Shown: piece after piece, positions 51,907 through 63,570 of the stretch
Numbering within the stretch: position 1 is the stretch's first letter
How the letters are laid out: each line of letters opens with the position of its first letter
Origin: Hydrolagus affinis
Taxonomy: Eukaryota
Direction of reading: 5' to 3'
Assembly: GCA_012026655.1 (NCBI GenBank)
Contig: JAAILG010000025.1
Coordinates: 1-64,000, forward strand
DNA: 64,000 bases
Program-made: the position numbers and the translations under genes
Notes under the pieces: generated by a model
What the model saw: only the letters and a program-made list of their open reading frames with translations
The model's database searches: none
Told to the model about the DNA's origin: nothing

Positions 51907-52696
51907 GGTGTCAGGATTAGCTCAGTTGGTCATTCCATCACCTTTGAATTAGAAAGCTGTCTGCCTCAAGCTCCACGTCAGGACTTGGCATGTCTTGCTT
52001 GACACTTCAGTGCATCGCTGGTGGCACCCTGCATTGTTAGAGGTCCTGTCCTTAAGATAAAATTTCAAACTAAATTGCCGTCTGTCTGGTCAGGTGGACG
52101 TTAAATATCCCACCGTCGGGACGGTGCTATTGTGGAGCTCCTGTGGCTCAGTGGTTAGAGCACTTGTCTTGCAGGCTGGGGAGACCAAGCTGGGGAGACC
52201 TGAGTTCGAATCCAGGCAGGTCAGGGCGAAACCTTGGGCAGGTTTCCTTACTCCACACACACACACGTGCCTAATAATAATCCGTCCAAAAAAAACCACA
52301 ATAATAAAATTGGTCATTTCAATCCACGACTGTTTGTGGGGGACGCTGCTGTGCGCAATTGGCTGCCGCATTTTGCCCACAAATATATACAGTCAATTCA
52401 CTTGACAGTACATTCTGCGAAGCGCTTTGGGACGTCGATAAGATGTGAAAAGCGCTATATCAAATGCAAGGATTATTATTATTATTCCATGGGAGTTTCT
52501 CTAGATGTCCTGACGAACAATCCCCTCAATAAAATTGGCAACCACTTGCGGGACATCGCTGTGTGCAAATTGACTGCCGCGTCCGCCTACGAAATAAATA
52601 TACAGTTGCGACACTTTAACAGTACTGTATATCCGTTGAAGTGCTTTGAGACATTGTCTTGACAGTGAAAGGCACTATGTCAAAAGCAAGGATTAT
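51907..52696 (+). mobile_element. Near-complete Deu-domain SINE split by a young family A SINE (pieces at 51907-52132 and 52487-52696)
   Basis: Head tagctcagttgg. Deu-like tgacacttcagtgca..tgttagaggtcctgtc..tcaggtggacgttaaatatccca. Resumes gggagtttctctagatgtcctgac..gctgtgtgcaaattgactgccgcg..gtgaaaggcactat. Confidence 0.85.
52133..52486 (+). mobile_element. Family A tRNA-SINE, full length
   Basis: A box tggctcagtgg (52144), B box gttcgaatcc (52204), an internal 12-bp duplication and an (att)n tail. Confidence 0.96.
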
Positions 52697-52929
52697 AAAA
52701 GCAAGGACAGGAGCAACACAGTCAAACACTGCTGACAGTAAGAGTGCCAGATGATACTGTTTGTTTTCACCTCCAGCATCTCAAGCAGACAACCTGTTAG
52801 GAGGAGAAGTGCCAGACATGCTTTTAACTCTTCATCCCACACGTCTACAAATAACGCTACATTTACAAAATCGCTTGTGTTTCTCAATAAAGATTTTAAC
52901 GGTCACAATGAGCTCTGGATATTTCCTAC

Positions 52930-53027
52930 TCTTACCTCCCTCCCCCCCACCACCCCGAACTCAGCGCCTTGGGACGTCCTCCCAACGTGAAAAGCGCTGT
53001 AGAAATGTAATTTTGTTGTTGTTGTTG
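52930..53027 (+). mobile_element. L2 3' tail
   Basis: C-rich tract followed by cagcgccttgggacgtcctcccaacgtgaaaagcgctgtagaaatgtaatt(ttg)n. Confidence 0.88.
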
Positions 53028-53189
53028 AGAGTGCTGATGTAGCTATAGCAACTAACAGGACTGAATCGATGACAAGTTGTACAGGATCTATGCGCATGCA
53101 TACTCCAGCCTGAAAAGGCCACTTAACAGTCAGGATACACAGAGAAGTGTATAATTTAACATCCTTGTGGTCTTGTTACAGGATGTTAC

Positions 53190-53405
53190 AAGCGCTCACA
53201 CTTCACAAATACCTCCATTTCAAGTCCTTGAACATGCTAACCTTACGACCTTGAAAGCTGTTCACACTTTATAAACCAATTATCCAATGAGGAAAGATCT
53301 GAAATCTCTGCGAACTCTTTCATATTCCGAATGGGAAGTGGCCCTACTCAAATCTTGTTGATCACCATGACTGAGGATATGTTCTGTGATACTTCTCAAA
53401 TCTAG
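53190..53405 (+). mobile_element. Possible ancient RTE-clade LINE fossil
   Basis: One frame reads QIPPFQVLEHANLTTLKAV..MRKDLKSLRTLSYSE..P*LR..LKS, similar to the RTE ORF end (EVLERAGLPSIEA..RM..PKQLLYGE..R..D.LK). Contains stops. Confidence 0.35.
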
Positions 53406-55070
53406 TAATAAAGTGAATGCATTTGAGGATCTGCAAACAAGCAGTTTTCTTGTTGCTTTCGATCCATTGGAAGACACACTAAACTCGGTTACCATTTGCC
53501 TGTTCGTGTGGGCATTCAATGTCCTGCAGAAGTACACAATTTCTTTTTTAGCACAAAGTCCTTTTCATGTGGGAAGAATCCAGATGTTGCGATAAAACTG
53601 TGAGCATAAGACACAGATTGTATTGCAGACTACACCATTTATGGTGTTAATTTGCACCTGTTGTGATCTGTTGCTTTTGAAAATGTGAAACTTGCTGATT
53701 ACTGTGTGATAGTAACTGCTATGTCATTATCAGCCTTTATTTCTTCAGAAAGTTCAAAGTGTACTGCTGTGGGGACATATTGTGTCTAAAACCATAGAAT
53801 AGATTGCATCTTAAAACAGCTATGGTGTAAACAAGATCTGAAGGGTGATCTGATGTGGTGAGTGTAGGTAAGTTCCTTGAAAAATGCTCTTTGAACTTCA
53901 AATTCTAGCAAAATGAGTCATTGCAAGGGCTCCTTTTCGACTAAATTGTGGTGAAAATGGAGCAGTTACACGATTTTGGAAAATGAAGCATTCAGGATTT
54001 TTCTTCACAATTTTATCCCCTTCTTTTCTCCTCTTGAAGGCATTGACTTGTGCTCGGGTATGGTTCACTGGTTGGCGGCAGTCTTCACTTTTGAGCAAAG
54101 ACATTGTGAATCCAGACAGGTGTCTGAATAGCTGGAGAGGAAAGAAAAGATAATCTCAATTTTCATACACTAAACTTTCCCCAAATATACTTTAAATAGA
54201 TCCCGAAATAATGCTGTAATCACAATTGGGATAATTCACATATTATGAGTGCAGACAGTATATTTACTCAAAAGGATTTGGCTTATGTGAAAGATAAATA
54301 TACATCATCTAAAATTCCAAACAAACACAAAGGGCAAAGGTGCTGGGCAATTTTTACCATTAGACGAATTTCTGATGATTTGGGACAAGTAATTGGATGT
54401 CTTCTTTCATCAAAAAGGACAGCAGCAGCTTAGGTAAGAGACATTGCCTTGTATGATTTTGTCTTGCAGTGTTTTTTTTGTTTGGGTCTGTTTACAAATA
54501 ATGTGGTTTATTGAATGATGGCTTAGGCACTCAATGAAATTCGGTTTCTATCCTGAGATTATACAATATTAATATTCTTGACTTAACAAAGAAGGATATT
54601 GATCTGATTTTAGAAAAAAAAGTTGATCTACACAGACAAGTAATAATTTGTATGTTACTGTGTGCAGAGTGGGAAGGATGCCTAATCCTTTTTAATAAAA
54701 AGCTGAATTTGGCCAATAGAGCTTTGTTGCTATAGTTACAGGCTATAGGAGTGTAGTCTGTAATGAATGAGTTGAATTTGAAGGCTTTTTTTCATGAAAT
54801 GCGCAGAAGGCAACTGCAATATTTAATATACCGTTTCCAGATTCTAAGTAAACAGTCTGCCTTGCTTGGAGCAAAAAATAATTCTTTTCTCAAAGGGAAA
54901 AGGGAATTTATTCTTAAATGCTTTGTGCCTTCCAAAACTCTGCATTGTAGTTTTGTACCTTATCGAAATATCTGACCAGGTTTTGACACCTCCCATAGAA
55001 AATATCTTCAGCTGTGTGTTGCAGATCTGGAGCCCTTCATGCTAATTCAGCTTGTACAACTCTGTTATGT

Positions 55071-55146
55071 CAACACCTTGGAACGTTCTCCTGACGTGAA
55101 AGGCGCTATCTATAAAAGTGTAGTTTTGTTGTTTGTTGATGTTGTT
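55071..55146 (+). mobile_element. L2 3' tail
   Basis: caccttggaacgttctcctgacgtgaaaggcgctat..ttgttgtttgttg. Confidence 0.85.
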
Positions 55147-55434
55147 TAAATCCAAGCTCCAGATAATATCCAACGCAAAAACTAGTTTGAGAATGGCACC
55201 ACAGTTGGGGGAAGAAACAGGAAAGGGTTGAGGTGATGACTTACAATCCCCTTGCCTGCACAGGTTGATTGGATTATTAAAGAGGATTAACTGATAACAG
55301 AATTGGGAGCTTCGCATACTGTACTGACATTGAATGCAGTTAATAGGGTCAGGCAAGGGTCATTTGTGCGGGCACCTAATCGGTCAGCTGTAAGATTTGA
55401 CTTGAACTGTGTGCGGAATGCTGTTGACGTACAT

Positions 55435-55580
55435 GTACCGTACAGAGTATATAACACCACACCACAGCTGGAGTGAAGGGTAGACATTTAATTAAATTGA
55501 CATTGAATTCTTCAGAGAGCGGTGTACTTACCCGAAAAGCAGACATAATAAATATGTGCCCGTGGCTCTCTGTACAGTAC
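55435..55580. mobile_element. Possible small TA-flanked MITE (Tc2/pogo-like CCGTA end)
   Basis: gtaccgtacagag ... ctctgtacagtac, 12/13 inverted match. Confidence 0.4.
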
Positions 55581-56331
55581 CTTGCAACCATTTTGCACAA
55601 TCCAAGACGCACCCTCCATCTTTCCTTTCAACCTAAAGCAAAGACAACAGCAACACTTTGTCTCAGAGTGAGGAACATTCCTGCTAATAACCTTAGGTCA
55701 TCAGCTGGAACCCTGACCAATGCACTGAATTATTCATGAGCAAGTTCATTTGGGTTTGAAGTTGATTATAGTGGGATGGATCTATTGTATTGATCTTTTG
55801 GTGAAATTGTTCCGCACTTTGGGGTGAGAATGATTGACAAACACAACATTTGAAATCATTAGATTAGGGTTCTGTAAAAGGAAATCAGTGAGCTTGGACA
55901 CTGGAATGTTGTACTTGAATCATATCTGTGTTTCCCCCCCCACCCCCCTTTTAAGTGTTTTATAATGAGAAAGGTAGTGGCAAAGGTAAGCAAGAAAATA
56001 AAAAAAATGGCATCGTTTGTCGGTAAATACTCAGCGGGAACCTCTGAACCAAGTCTACTTTCCTCCAGTTTGGCTGTGGGCCCTTCTATAAGTGGAATGT
56101 ACGTAACTCCTCTCATAACAAACCTCAATAAAGTGATTAAGGAATGGAGGAGAAGGATCCTAAGGAATGAAAAATGAGAATTCAGTACTTTAGGAAGACT
56201 CATTTCATAAATATGTATTCAGGGAATCATTCCCAAACCTGGACTCTTTTTCCCTTTCATTTTATTGCTTACCACCTCCATCTTTCTCAAGAGATTGCTT
56301 GCATACACTGCATTGGGATAGTTACCATTGT

Positions 56332-56662
56332 GGAGTCCTGTACCTCAGTGGTTGGAGCACTTGCCTTACAAGCATGAGACCTGTGTTCGAATCCAGGCAG
56401 GTCAGGGCGAAACCTTGGGCAAATTTCCTTACTCCACACGCCTAATAATAATCCCTCAAAAAAAAAACCACGATAATAAAATTGGTCATTTCATTCCACG
56501 ACTGTTTGTGGGATACCGCTGTGCGCAATTGGCTGCCGCATTTCGCCCACATATATGCAATCAATTCACTTTACGATATATTCTGGGAAGCGCTTTGAGA
56601 CACCTAGAAGACGTGAAAAGCCGCTATATCAAATGCAAGGATTATTATATTATTTATATTAT
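56332..56662 (+). mobile_element. Family A tRNA-SINE, full length
   Basis: ggagtcctgtacctcagtggttggagcacttgccttacaagcatgagacctgtgttcgaatcc...caaatgcaaggattatt. Confidence 0.96.
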
Positions 56663-58429
56663 AATCTATTACTGGGATGATGTGTTCATTGGCAATGGGC
56701 TGGAGATGGAATTGCTGGGTCTGTCATTGCAGCAGGACCCAAGAGATTCAGGATGACAAAGTTTCCAGTCTTACCGACAGAAGGAAGCCTCTCTATGAGC
56801 AGGCTTTCTAAACATATTTTTTTCCGTCTTCCAAAACATCTTTGCCTTCCGCTAAATATTATTCTTTCTCAGATTGTTTTTTTTTCCTTGAAAATAATTG
56901 GACATTTCATCCTCATGGCGGTGGTGTGATTGGGTTACATTTTTCTTGCAAGGATAATGCCTTAATACAGCATTGTGTTTGCTTAAGTGAGACACACACA
57001 CGGGCAGTTTCTAAGAGATTGTACATATCTTATTTTTCCTACTGCACCCTTATCTGTAACAGCGCAGTTGTGTGTCAGGAACGGTGATCGATAGATTTGT
57101 GGTACTGTCGTCTTATTTTTGCTGCTGAAATATGAGAACGTAGAAGATGGAAGGAGTAAAGGGCCATTCATTATTCCTGCTCCATTTGCAGGCCCTACAA
57201 AACCTATCTGATCGCAGAAAATGACAAATATAATGTTTCATGCAACTCCAACTGCACATGTTTGAATATTTCTGAACACACTGGGCAGCTGTACACTTTT
57301 GTGCATCTTTGGGAATGGAAAATAATTAAATTGGAGTCATAGTTATAATACATTGACATGAAATTGCCTTTCTAATGCGAGACACAAATGGAAGACTTAT
57401 CCTCCAGTGGTGTGAACTTCGACTCATTTCTATGTTTGTGCTGCAAAGGTAATTTCAGCAATTTCATGCATTGCAATGTGATCTGTGTATTCAAATATCA
57501 TGAATGCAACATGTTGAGCAGTGTATTTGTTAGTACAGGATCCAGTTTATTCTTGTATCTGGCTGTACTTGTAACTTCTAAGGGACTGGGTGTTTTGGGA
57601 AAGTAAGTTGTGGTGATCTGGTTATTTTTCCAGCAGTGAAGGATCATCTAGTCAACGTAAAGCCACTGGCATCAATGCAAAACGTCTCTCTGACTGAATG
57701 AAGAAAAGATGGACTGACAGCATCAAAAGAATGAGAATTTCAGTTGTCATGGGAATTGATAAGGGTGTCAAGCATGATGAAGGCAGGCACGTTCTCTGAC
57801 AAAGCTTCATGGCAAGTACAGGGAAATACTGAACTGCGTGCTCTGGGGCTATCTGGTGCTTTACAAATGGATCTCATGTGAAAGCAGATAGAGGCTGCAA
57901 TTACTGCATTGATTTGAAGTCTTTGGTCATTCACTATTTATAGCAGGAAATTCATGCTCAGCTTGAGGGTAAAATGCATTTTGATTGAATTGTTTGGAGC
58001 TTTGCGTTTTACTAGCTGCAGTTCGAGCTATCCATTTATTATTATTCCACATTTGCTTTCTGAAAATATGTATCTATCGTACAAAACCACATTTCAGGTT
58101 AAAGGCCCACGATAGCTGTTATGCATTTAGACCTAATAGCAAAGTTTAATGCCTCACAGTTTTCTCTTACCAAAACCATCAGCGGTACAGTGGACAGCAA
58201 TGTTTGAATGATCTATGCACATGGTACTTGCAGTCAGTGCCAATGCTCAAGTAGTTTCATCATCGTGGCAGATTTCTTTCAGACTACTGTTGTTTCATGC
58301 CTTGAGTCCAGCCTTGAATCCAGCTCGAAGTATAGGACATCCATTAATTTGCCTCAACACTGTGAATATAAGGCAGAAACACCAGAATACATTTGAGTTG
58401 CCCCCAGGTTTACTTCTGTTTCTGTGAAC

Positions 58430-58685
58430 AAAGGGGTAGAGGACACAGGATGAGTTGAAAAGAATAAGTTTAGCACAGGCACTTGAAAGTATTTCTTTAC
58501 ATAGAAGGTGATCAACAGCTAGAACTTGCTGTGGGAAGCATGGCCGAGGGCAGGATGTTGGACTTGTGTGCAAGAAACGTCTTGATGCTCCAATGAGGAT
58601 AGGACAGGAATGTTATTTTGGAAGGTTAGCATCAAAAGGATGGAAGGGGCTTCTTCATTTGAACCTCTCTTGTGATCTAGTGATA
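58430..58685 (+). mobile_element. Degenerate CR1 LINE 3' end
   Basis: agaggacacagg..aataagtttagcaca..aagtatttctttacatagaaggtgatcaacagctagaac translates to RGH..NKFST..KYFFT*KVINS*N, matching the CR1 motif RGH...FFTQRVVNxWN. A 3'UTR-like ggatggaaggggcttcttc follows. Confidence 0.7.
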
Positions 58686-59729
58686 CAAGGTCTGACTTGC
58701 TGCCCCACCATTGTTGAATTCTACTGTACGCTTCCTCATTCTGCATTCCAGCACCTACTCCCAATCCATGCGCAGTGAATGCCAATCTAATCAAATAATA
58801 GTACTGTAGCTCGATTCTTTCAATTGCTAATTTGTTTGACCTTTCAACAATATTTGAATAGCTTTTTAAAATTTATTATACATCGTTTCTGCGCAAATTC
58901 AAACTCCATTCACTATTTCAGGTGTTCAGTTACAAGACCTTTAGGTATCTGCCCACCCCAAGTTGCAGCTGTTTCTCTAGCCGCAGACAGCCAGAGTAAA
59001 TCAAAATGCTGAAACAGTGCCAAACGACATATGCAGTGCAAATGTACACCCTAATGTCGCCTTGGTCATTTTGCTATTATTTACTCAGTTATCAAAACAG
59101 AACCATACTGTGTTTGTTGCACAAGGGTTTCAATAAATCCTACTGTTTTGGGTGGCTTTTTCGTCAAAGCAAATAGAACATATAAAGTAGGAAGGACCGC
59201 CACTGATCCTTTACAATGTTTATATACGGTTGACAAATTCAAGTGCCGTGATAACCAGAAATATTGTGAGTCTGTGTTTATGAAACTTCCTCTGTAGTTT
59301 ATTAAATGTTACACACCACACACTGGAAAATGACGTGCGTGGGTCTTGTTCCAGGTCACTGCTGAGCTGTAGTCAGTAGAATTGGCTACTGCACAACCAC
59401 GTTACAGGCATTTCATGACTGTATTTTTGTGATTGTACGCTTTGGAGGCCTGCAGTGAGTGATATGGAGTGTGTGACTAATGCATAATCAGAGGTGAGGA
59501 TGTAATGGATGCTAAGGAGGGAGTTTACAAGCATGTAATTCAATAGCTGGATTTAGGAGACATTGGAAAACTCTACTGATTTGTGCAATCCGAGCATCCT
59601 CTCCAGCACCGGTATTTCTCTCTCATTGTTGTGAGGGATGCACTGTATTCTGAAGCTATCCTGAGGTATTCTCTTTGTGAATTTTTTTTGATGGACACAA
59701 ATTTTATTTTCCACTTTTGGTGGTTGTTC

Positions 59730-59832
59730 TTCGGTCAACTTTCTCCCCCCTGCCCTTGGCTCGCCCCTGTTATTGTGAAGCGCTCTGAGACGCCGTCCGG
59801 CGTGGAGAGCGCTGTATAAATCAATGTTGTTG
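59730..59832 (+). mobile_element. L2 3' tail (second type)
   Basis: ttcggtcaactttctcccc..gaagcgctctgagacgccgtccggcgtggagagcgctgtataaatcaatgttgttg. Confidence 0.88.
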
Positions 59833-59954
59833 CTCTCAAATTGTTTCCCCACTGTCCAAAACGCTTCTGAATATCTGCAGTGCAGTTGTTCTGGTCAAGC
59901 AGCTTGATTCACACACGGGCAATGTAATTCTCCCCTCCCCTCTATCTTTCTCCT

Positions 59955-59985
59955 CCTTCACGTTGGGAAGACATCCCAAGGCGCG
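59955..59985 (-). mobile_element. Tiny L2 tail fragment
   Basis: ccttcacgttgggaagacatcccaaggcgc. Confidence 0.6.
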
Positions 59986-61373
59986 GGACCATGTAGCTGG
60001 GCACAATCTATACTTGGAGTTTTTCTGATGCAGTTTGGAAGATTTAATTCGGCTAAAACCATCATCTGCATCATCTCGTGGATACATATGTGAAACAAAG
60101 AGGTGGATATCTTATGGCACAGGGACCCGTTTCTGTTTGGCTTTACGTGAAACATGCTGCAAATCAGCGTTCCGATCCCACTTGCATAATCTATCATTTT
60201 AAAAGCCTTCTGTTTTTCGTTTGTAAAGAGAGAGCTGCCCTAATTCTCTGTCGATTTGTTTGTTAGTATTGTATTCAGGGAGAACACTCGGAAAGGATTG
60301 ATTGATTGAGCAGCTATCTTGAACAAAAATGTTCCCCTCTCCAGTTTTCAATTGTGGGGGAATTCATTTCGGGACAGCCGAAGCCGGCAGATGGTTGACT
60401 TCAGATAAATGAGGTTTACTTCAACCTTCTTTCAGACTGTGCTTGACATTGGAACCGTACTCCAGACTTAAAAAATGAACAATGATTCAAAAACCAGGCT
60501 CAGAAGGTCTTGAAATAGGACTGCTGAGACCATGGCTCTACATCCGTTATGAGCTTATTTTGAGAGATTTCACTGCACAGACTTAAGTAATAAAATTGTT
60601 GAACTGCACGGAAGGAATTGGTTTCAAATACCATCTGAACCTAATCTCAAGGTGCGGTGCAGACATGTCGGTACTCAAACAGCAGTAACGCTCTGTCGTG
60701 ACATATAATATGGCAAATGTCAAAAGGAAAGACATGCCGGGTAGATTTATTGATCCCTCGAGACTCATTTTCTCCAGTGGGCCGTTCTGTTTTTATCATT
60801 GGAAGCATATCGACTGTATTACACAAATTGTACAATGTACCTCGAAGAAAATTGACGAGTGAGGTAGTGTGTATATGTGTTTCATTTTTATAGCTGCCCT
60901 ATCTGAACAAACTCTTTTCTGTTTGTTTCAGCCACTCCCCAATTTGAAGCTTTTGGCTTTTTTTTAAATTTCTATTTTTTAAGGCGCGGTGTTCGAAATA
61001 AAACCTGTTTCCTCAACCGGCTTTAATTTTTATTCATTCCTTGCCCTCTCTTCCGAGCTTTGTTCTTCTCCTATCATCCATCCTGGGACTCAGCATGTAA
61101 AATCCACACTTAGACTCGTGGCAGGCAGTGCAGCGTTTGAGTTGCCTGCTCAGAGCTTGTGTAAGAGTGTCCTGGTGTGACACCATTTGTGTATTATTCT
61201 TTTCCTGCCTCTTTCTGATGGGACAAACATGCTGGTTAATGCAAACTGAAGTCCTAATTCCCTCTGCTTTCTGCTGACATTGCTGATTTATGGCTGAGTT
61301 GGAAAGAATTATTCTCAATGTGGGGAGTATAGATTAAATGCCGTGAACCCCACACTGCAACTATGGAGAATTT

Positions 61374-61422
61374 GTGTGTGTGTGCATGTGTGTGTGTGTG
61401 TGTTGTGTGTGTGTGTATGTGT
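61374..61422. repeat. Imperfect (TG)n microsatellite
   Basis: gtgtgtgtgtgcatgtgtgtgtgtgtgtgttgtgtgtgtgtgtatgtgt. Confidence 0.9.
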
Positions 61423-63570
61423 GCTTGTTGTGTTGCTTATGTACACCGTTTTTATGTATGATATTTGATCACTTTGTGCAAAGGAATAGATTGCTGAGCA
61501 TTTCACTCAGCCCCCTGTAGCCTCCACCCTGTCTGGTTCCTATTCAGTCACAGGCTGTAACACTTTTGTTGCGTGTCATCAAGTGCAAATATCATACTGT
61601 TTTTTTAATAGAGAGATACAAACAAAAAAAAATTATGTTGTTTTACTCGTGAATAACAGGGGAGGATAGATGGCTTTATTGCCGCAAGGAACCACCCACT
61701 ATGGGAAATCCTTTATTCTTTCAGCCAAGAACTGAAGGATTTAGATTGGCTTTGGTTTGGACTCTGGTACTTCTGGCACTGAGTACATGTGTCGGAATGT
61801 GCAGCGCTGAGACTATTTATCACTCCCTTGGTCACTTGCTGAGGAGTTCCTTTACTCCAGTGTTTGAAGACGAAACTGCCGTTGAGTATATATTCAGATT
61901 GAATCTTTGTGGAAGCTCTTAAAAACTGCACACTCATCCTTGTAACTGCCGAGAACTTGGCCCAAGCTTCAGAGACGAAAAAAAAAAGGAACTCAACATG
62001 TTTTGTTTGTGCAAGCGTTTGAGACATATGAAAGTCTCTGTAACACAATATCTGTTGTAGGGGTAAAGAAAACAAAATAATTATTTGGTTAACTTGCGTT
62101 CCTCTTAAGAGACTTGTGATAGTGTCTCAATTTCCTCAATACAACTTCCTTATTGCTGTTTGTAGTGTTATTGAGTAGCTATGCAAACTCACTAGACTTT
62201 GGTATATTAACTTGTGTAATTCCCTGCACTGGGTGGATTGTGCTCTGCAGTCTCAAAGCCTTCACTTGGGAGGGAGAGAATTAAGAAAACACTTTGAGGA
62301 AATGTCAATCAAAGAAACTGAAACCCGTTCTAAATGTTAACTCGAAAAACGCTAATTCCTCAGATACTGTTGCTAAATCATTCCTCAGGGTGTGTAGAAG
62401 TGGCTGTCTGCTTTCTAGGCATTGAAGGAGGGAAAGAGCTAATGTTATGTGTTGCTCATAACCTTTATGTGGTTGAATTTTATGACACCGTTTCAAGCTT
62501 GGTTTTAATTATAACTGTTTCAGCATTGATGGTGTCAGTGAGGGCTGGTGTTAAGAAAAGGGAGAAACTATGAGGAATGGTTGTGCCAATGAGACTGAGA
62601 TAATAGCTCAGGTGAATGGGATAGATAGCAGCTAAGGTGAAAGGGAGAGAGGTGGAGAAAGATGTGACAACCACAGCTGGATAATGGAACATCCTTGAAT
62701 GATTTAGCACTGATAGCGAGAGATGGTGCCATGACATGAACGCTTCTTTTTAAAAAAAAAAATATTATACAAACGCTGGAATTTCTTTTTCTACTTTGAA
62801 TATCCGAGTCCCAGAATAATTTTCTGAAATTGTAAAGGTTGGTACTCATTTGTGCCAACAGCAAGAAAGCAGCTAAGCCTTGGTGGCTGTGTGACAGGCT
62901 CAGGTACAGATATTATTTGTCAGTACAAAGTTGCACTGCCATTGACTTTTCTCGCACAGCCTCATTACCACAAAACCAATTAAACGTAGCAACATGGTGC
63001 ACAATTCCTGTGAATTGGAGGGGGAAAAAAAACGCTTTTGACTAAATTAATGTTTACTTCACATTTGCAATTATAAGCCACAAAAACACAAAATTATTAT
63101 GTACTTGGAAGTATTACCACAGAAATGAACTTCTCCTGTGTTGTGACCCGGTTCTCGAACTCCCCAGTATTTTGTTTGTCGTAACAAGTACGTGCGTTAG
63201 AGTGAACACCTCGAGTGTAATGTGGGAATGTTGGAACGAAGGAATGATAGCCTATCCAAACAAGTAATGCTTTTAAAGTAATTCAATCATTATCGTGTAC
63301 TTTGCAAACATACACAAAATGCAATTTTTCCCCCTAATTGATTCAACTTTATAGTCAAGGGACGTATCCATTTTGCTGCTGGGTAGCAAAGTAAACTGAC
63401 CAGAAGCAAATGTCAAAGTATTTATCACAGTGTCAATGGGTCAAAAAGCTGAGTACCATTTATTAGGTGTTTATGTCATTTGAAACTTGTGTAGGTCCAT
63501 TTCATGCATTAGCTGAAGACTTACTATCACTAAGTACTTGGCAATCGAACCTGATATTTTATTTCATGAA

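Noticed and set aside
52134-52220. tRNA gene (also at 16540-16618, 33335-33400 and 56332-56400)
   Set aside because: A and B boxes are present, but I see no good acceptor stem, and each runs into the same SINE body and tail. These are SINE heads.
52234-52662. Recurrent 'MGKFPYST..CAIGCR..KCKDYYY' ORFs (also at 11082, 33414 and 56328) that look like a gene family
   Set aside because: They are translations of SINE copies, and the frames break differently in each copy.
3299-56662. CRISPR-like or other regularly spaced repeat array
   Set aside because: The repeats are dispersed on both strands at irregular distances with 5' truncation, which is the retroposon pattern in a eukaryotic sequence.
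57388-57700. Strong donor (aa/gtaagt near 57602) followed by an acceptor (ttttccag near 57633)
   Set aside because: The implied intron is only about 30 nt, and the adjacent frames are short or unrecognisable.
61701-61922. Signal-peptide-like ORF (LALVWTLVLLALSTCVG..)
   Set aside because: It is short, with no recognisable family and no clear splice context. Hydrophobic runs arise easily in T-rich DNA.
62480-62740. Possible LINE endonuclease fossil on the minus strand (LAISAKS, PFTLAAIY)
   Set aside because: The similarity is too faint, and the diagnostic YRPP and GDFN motifs are absent.
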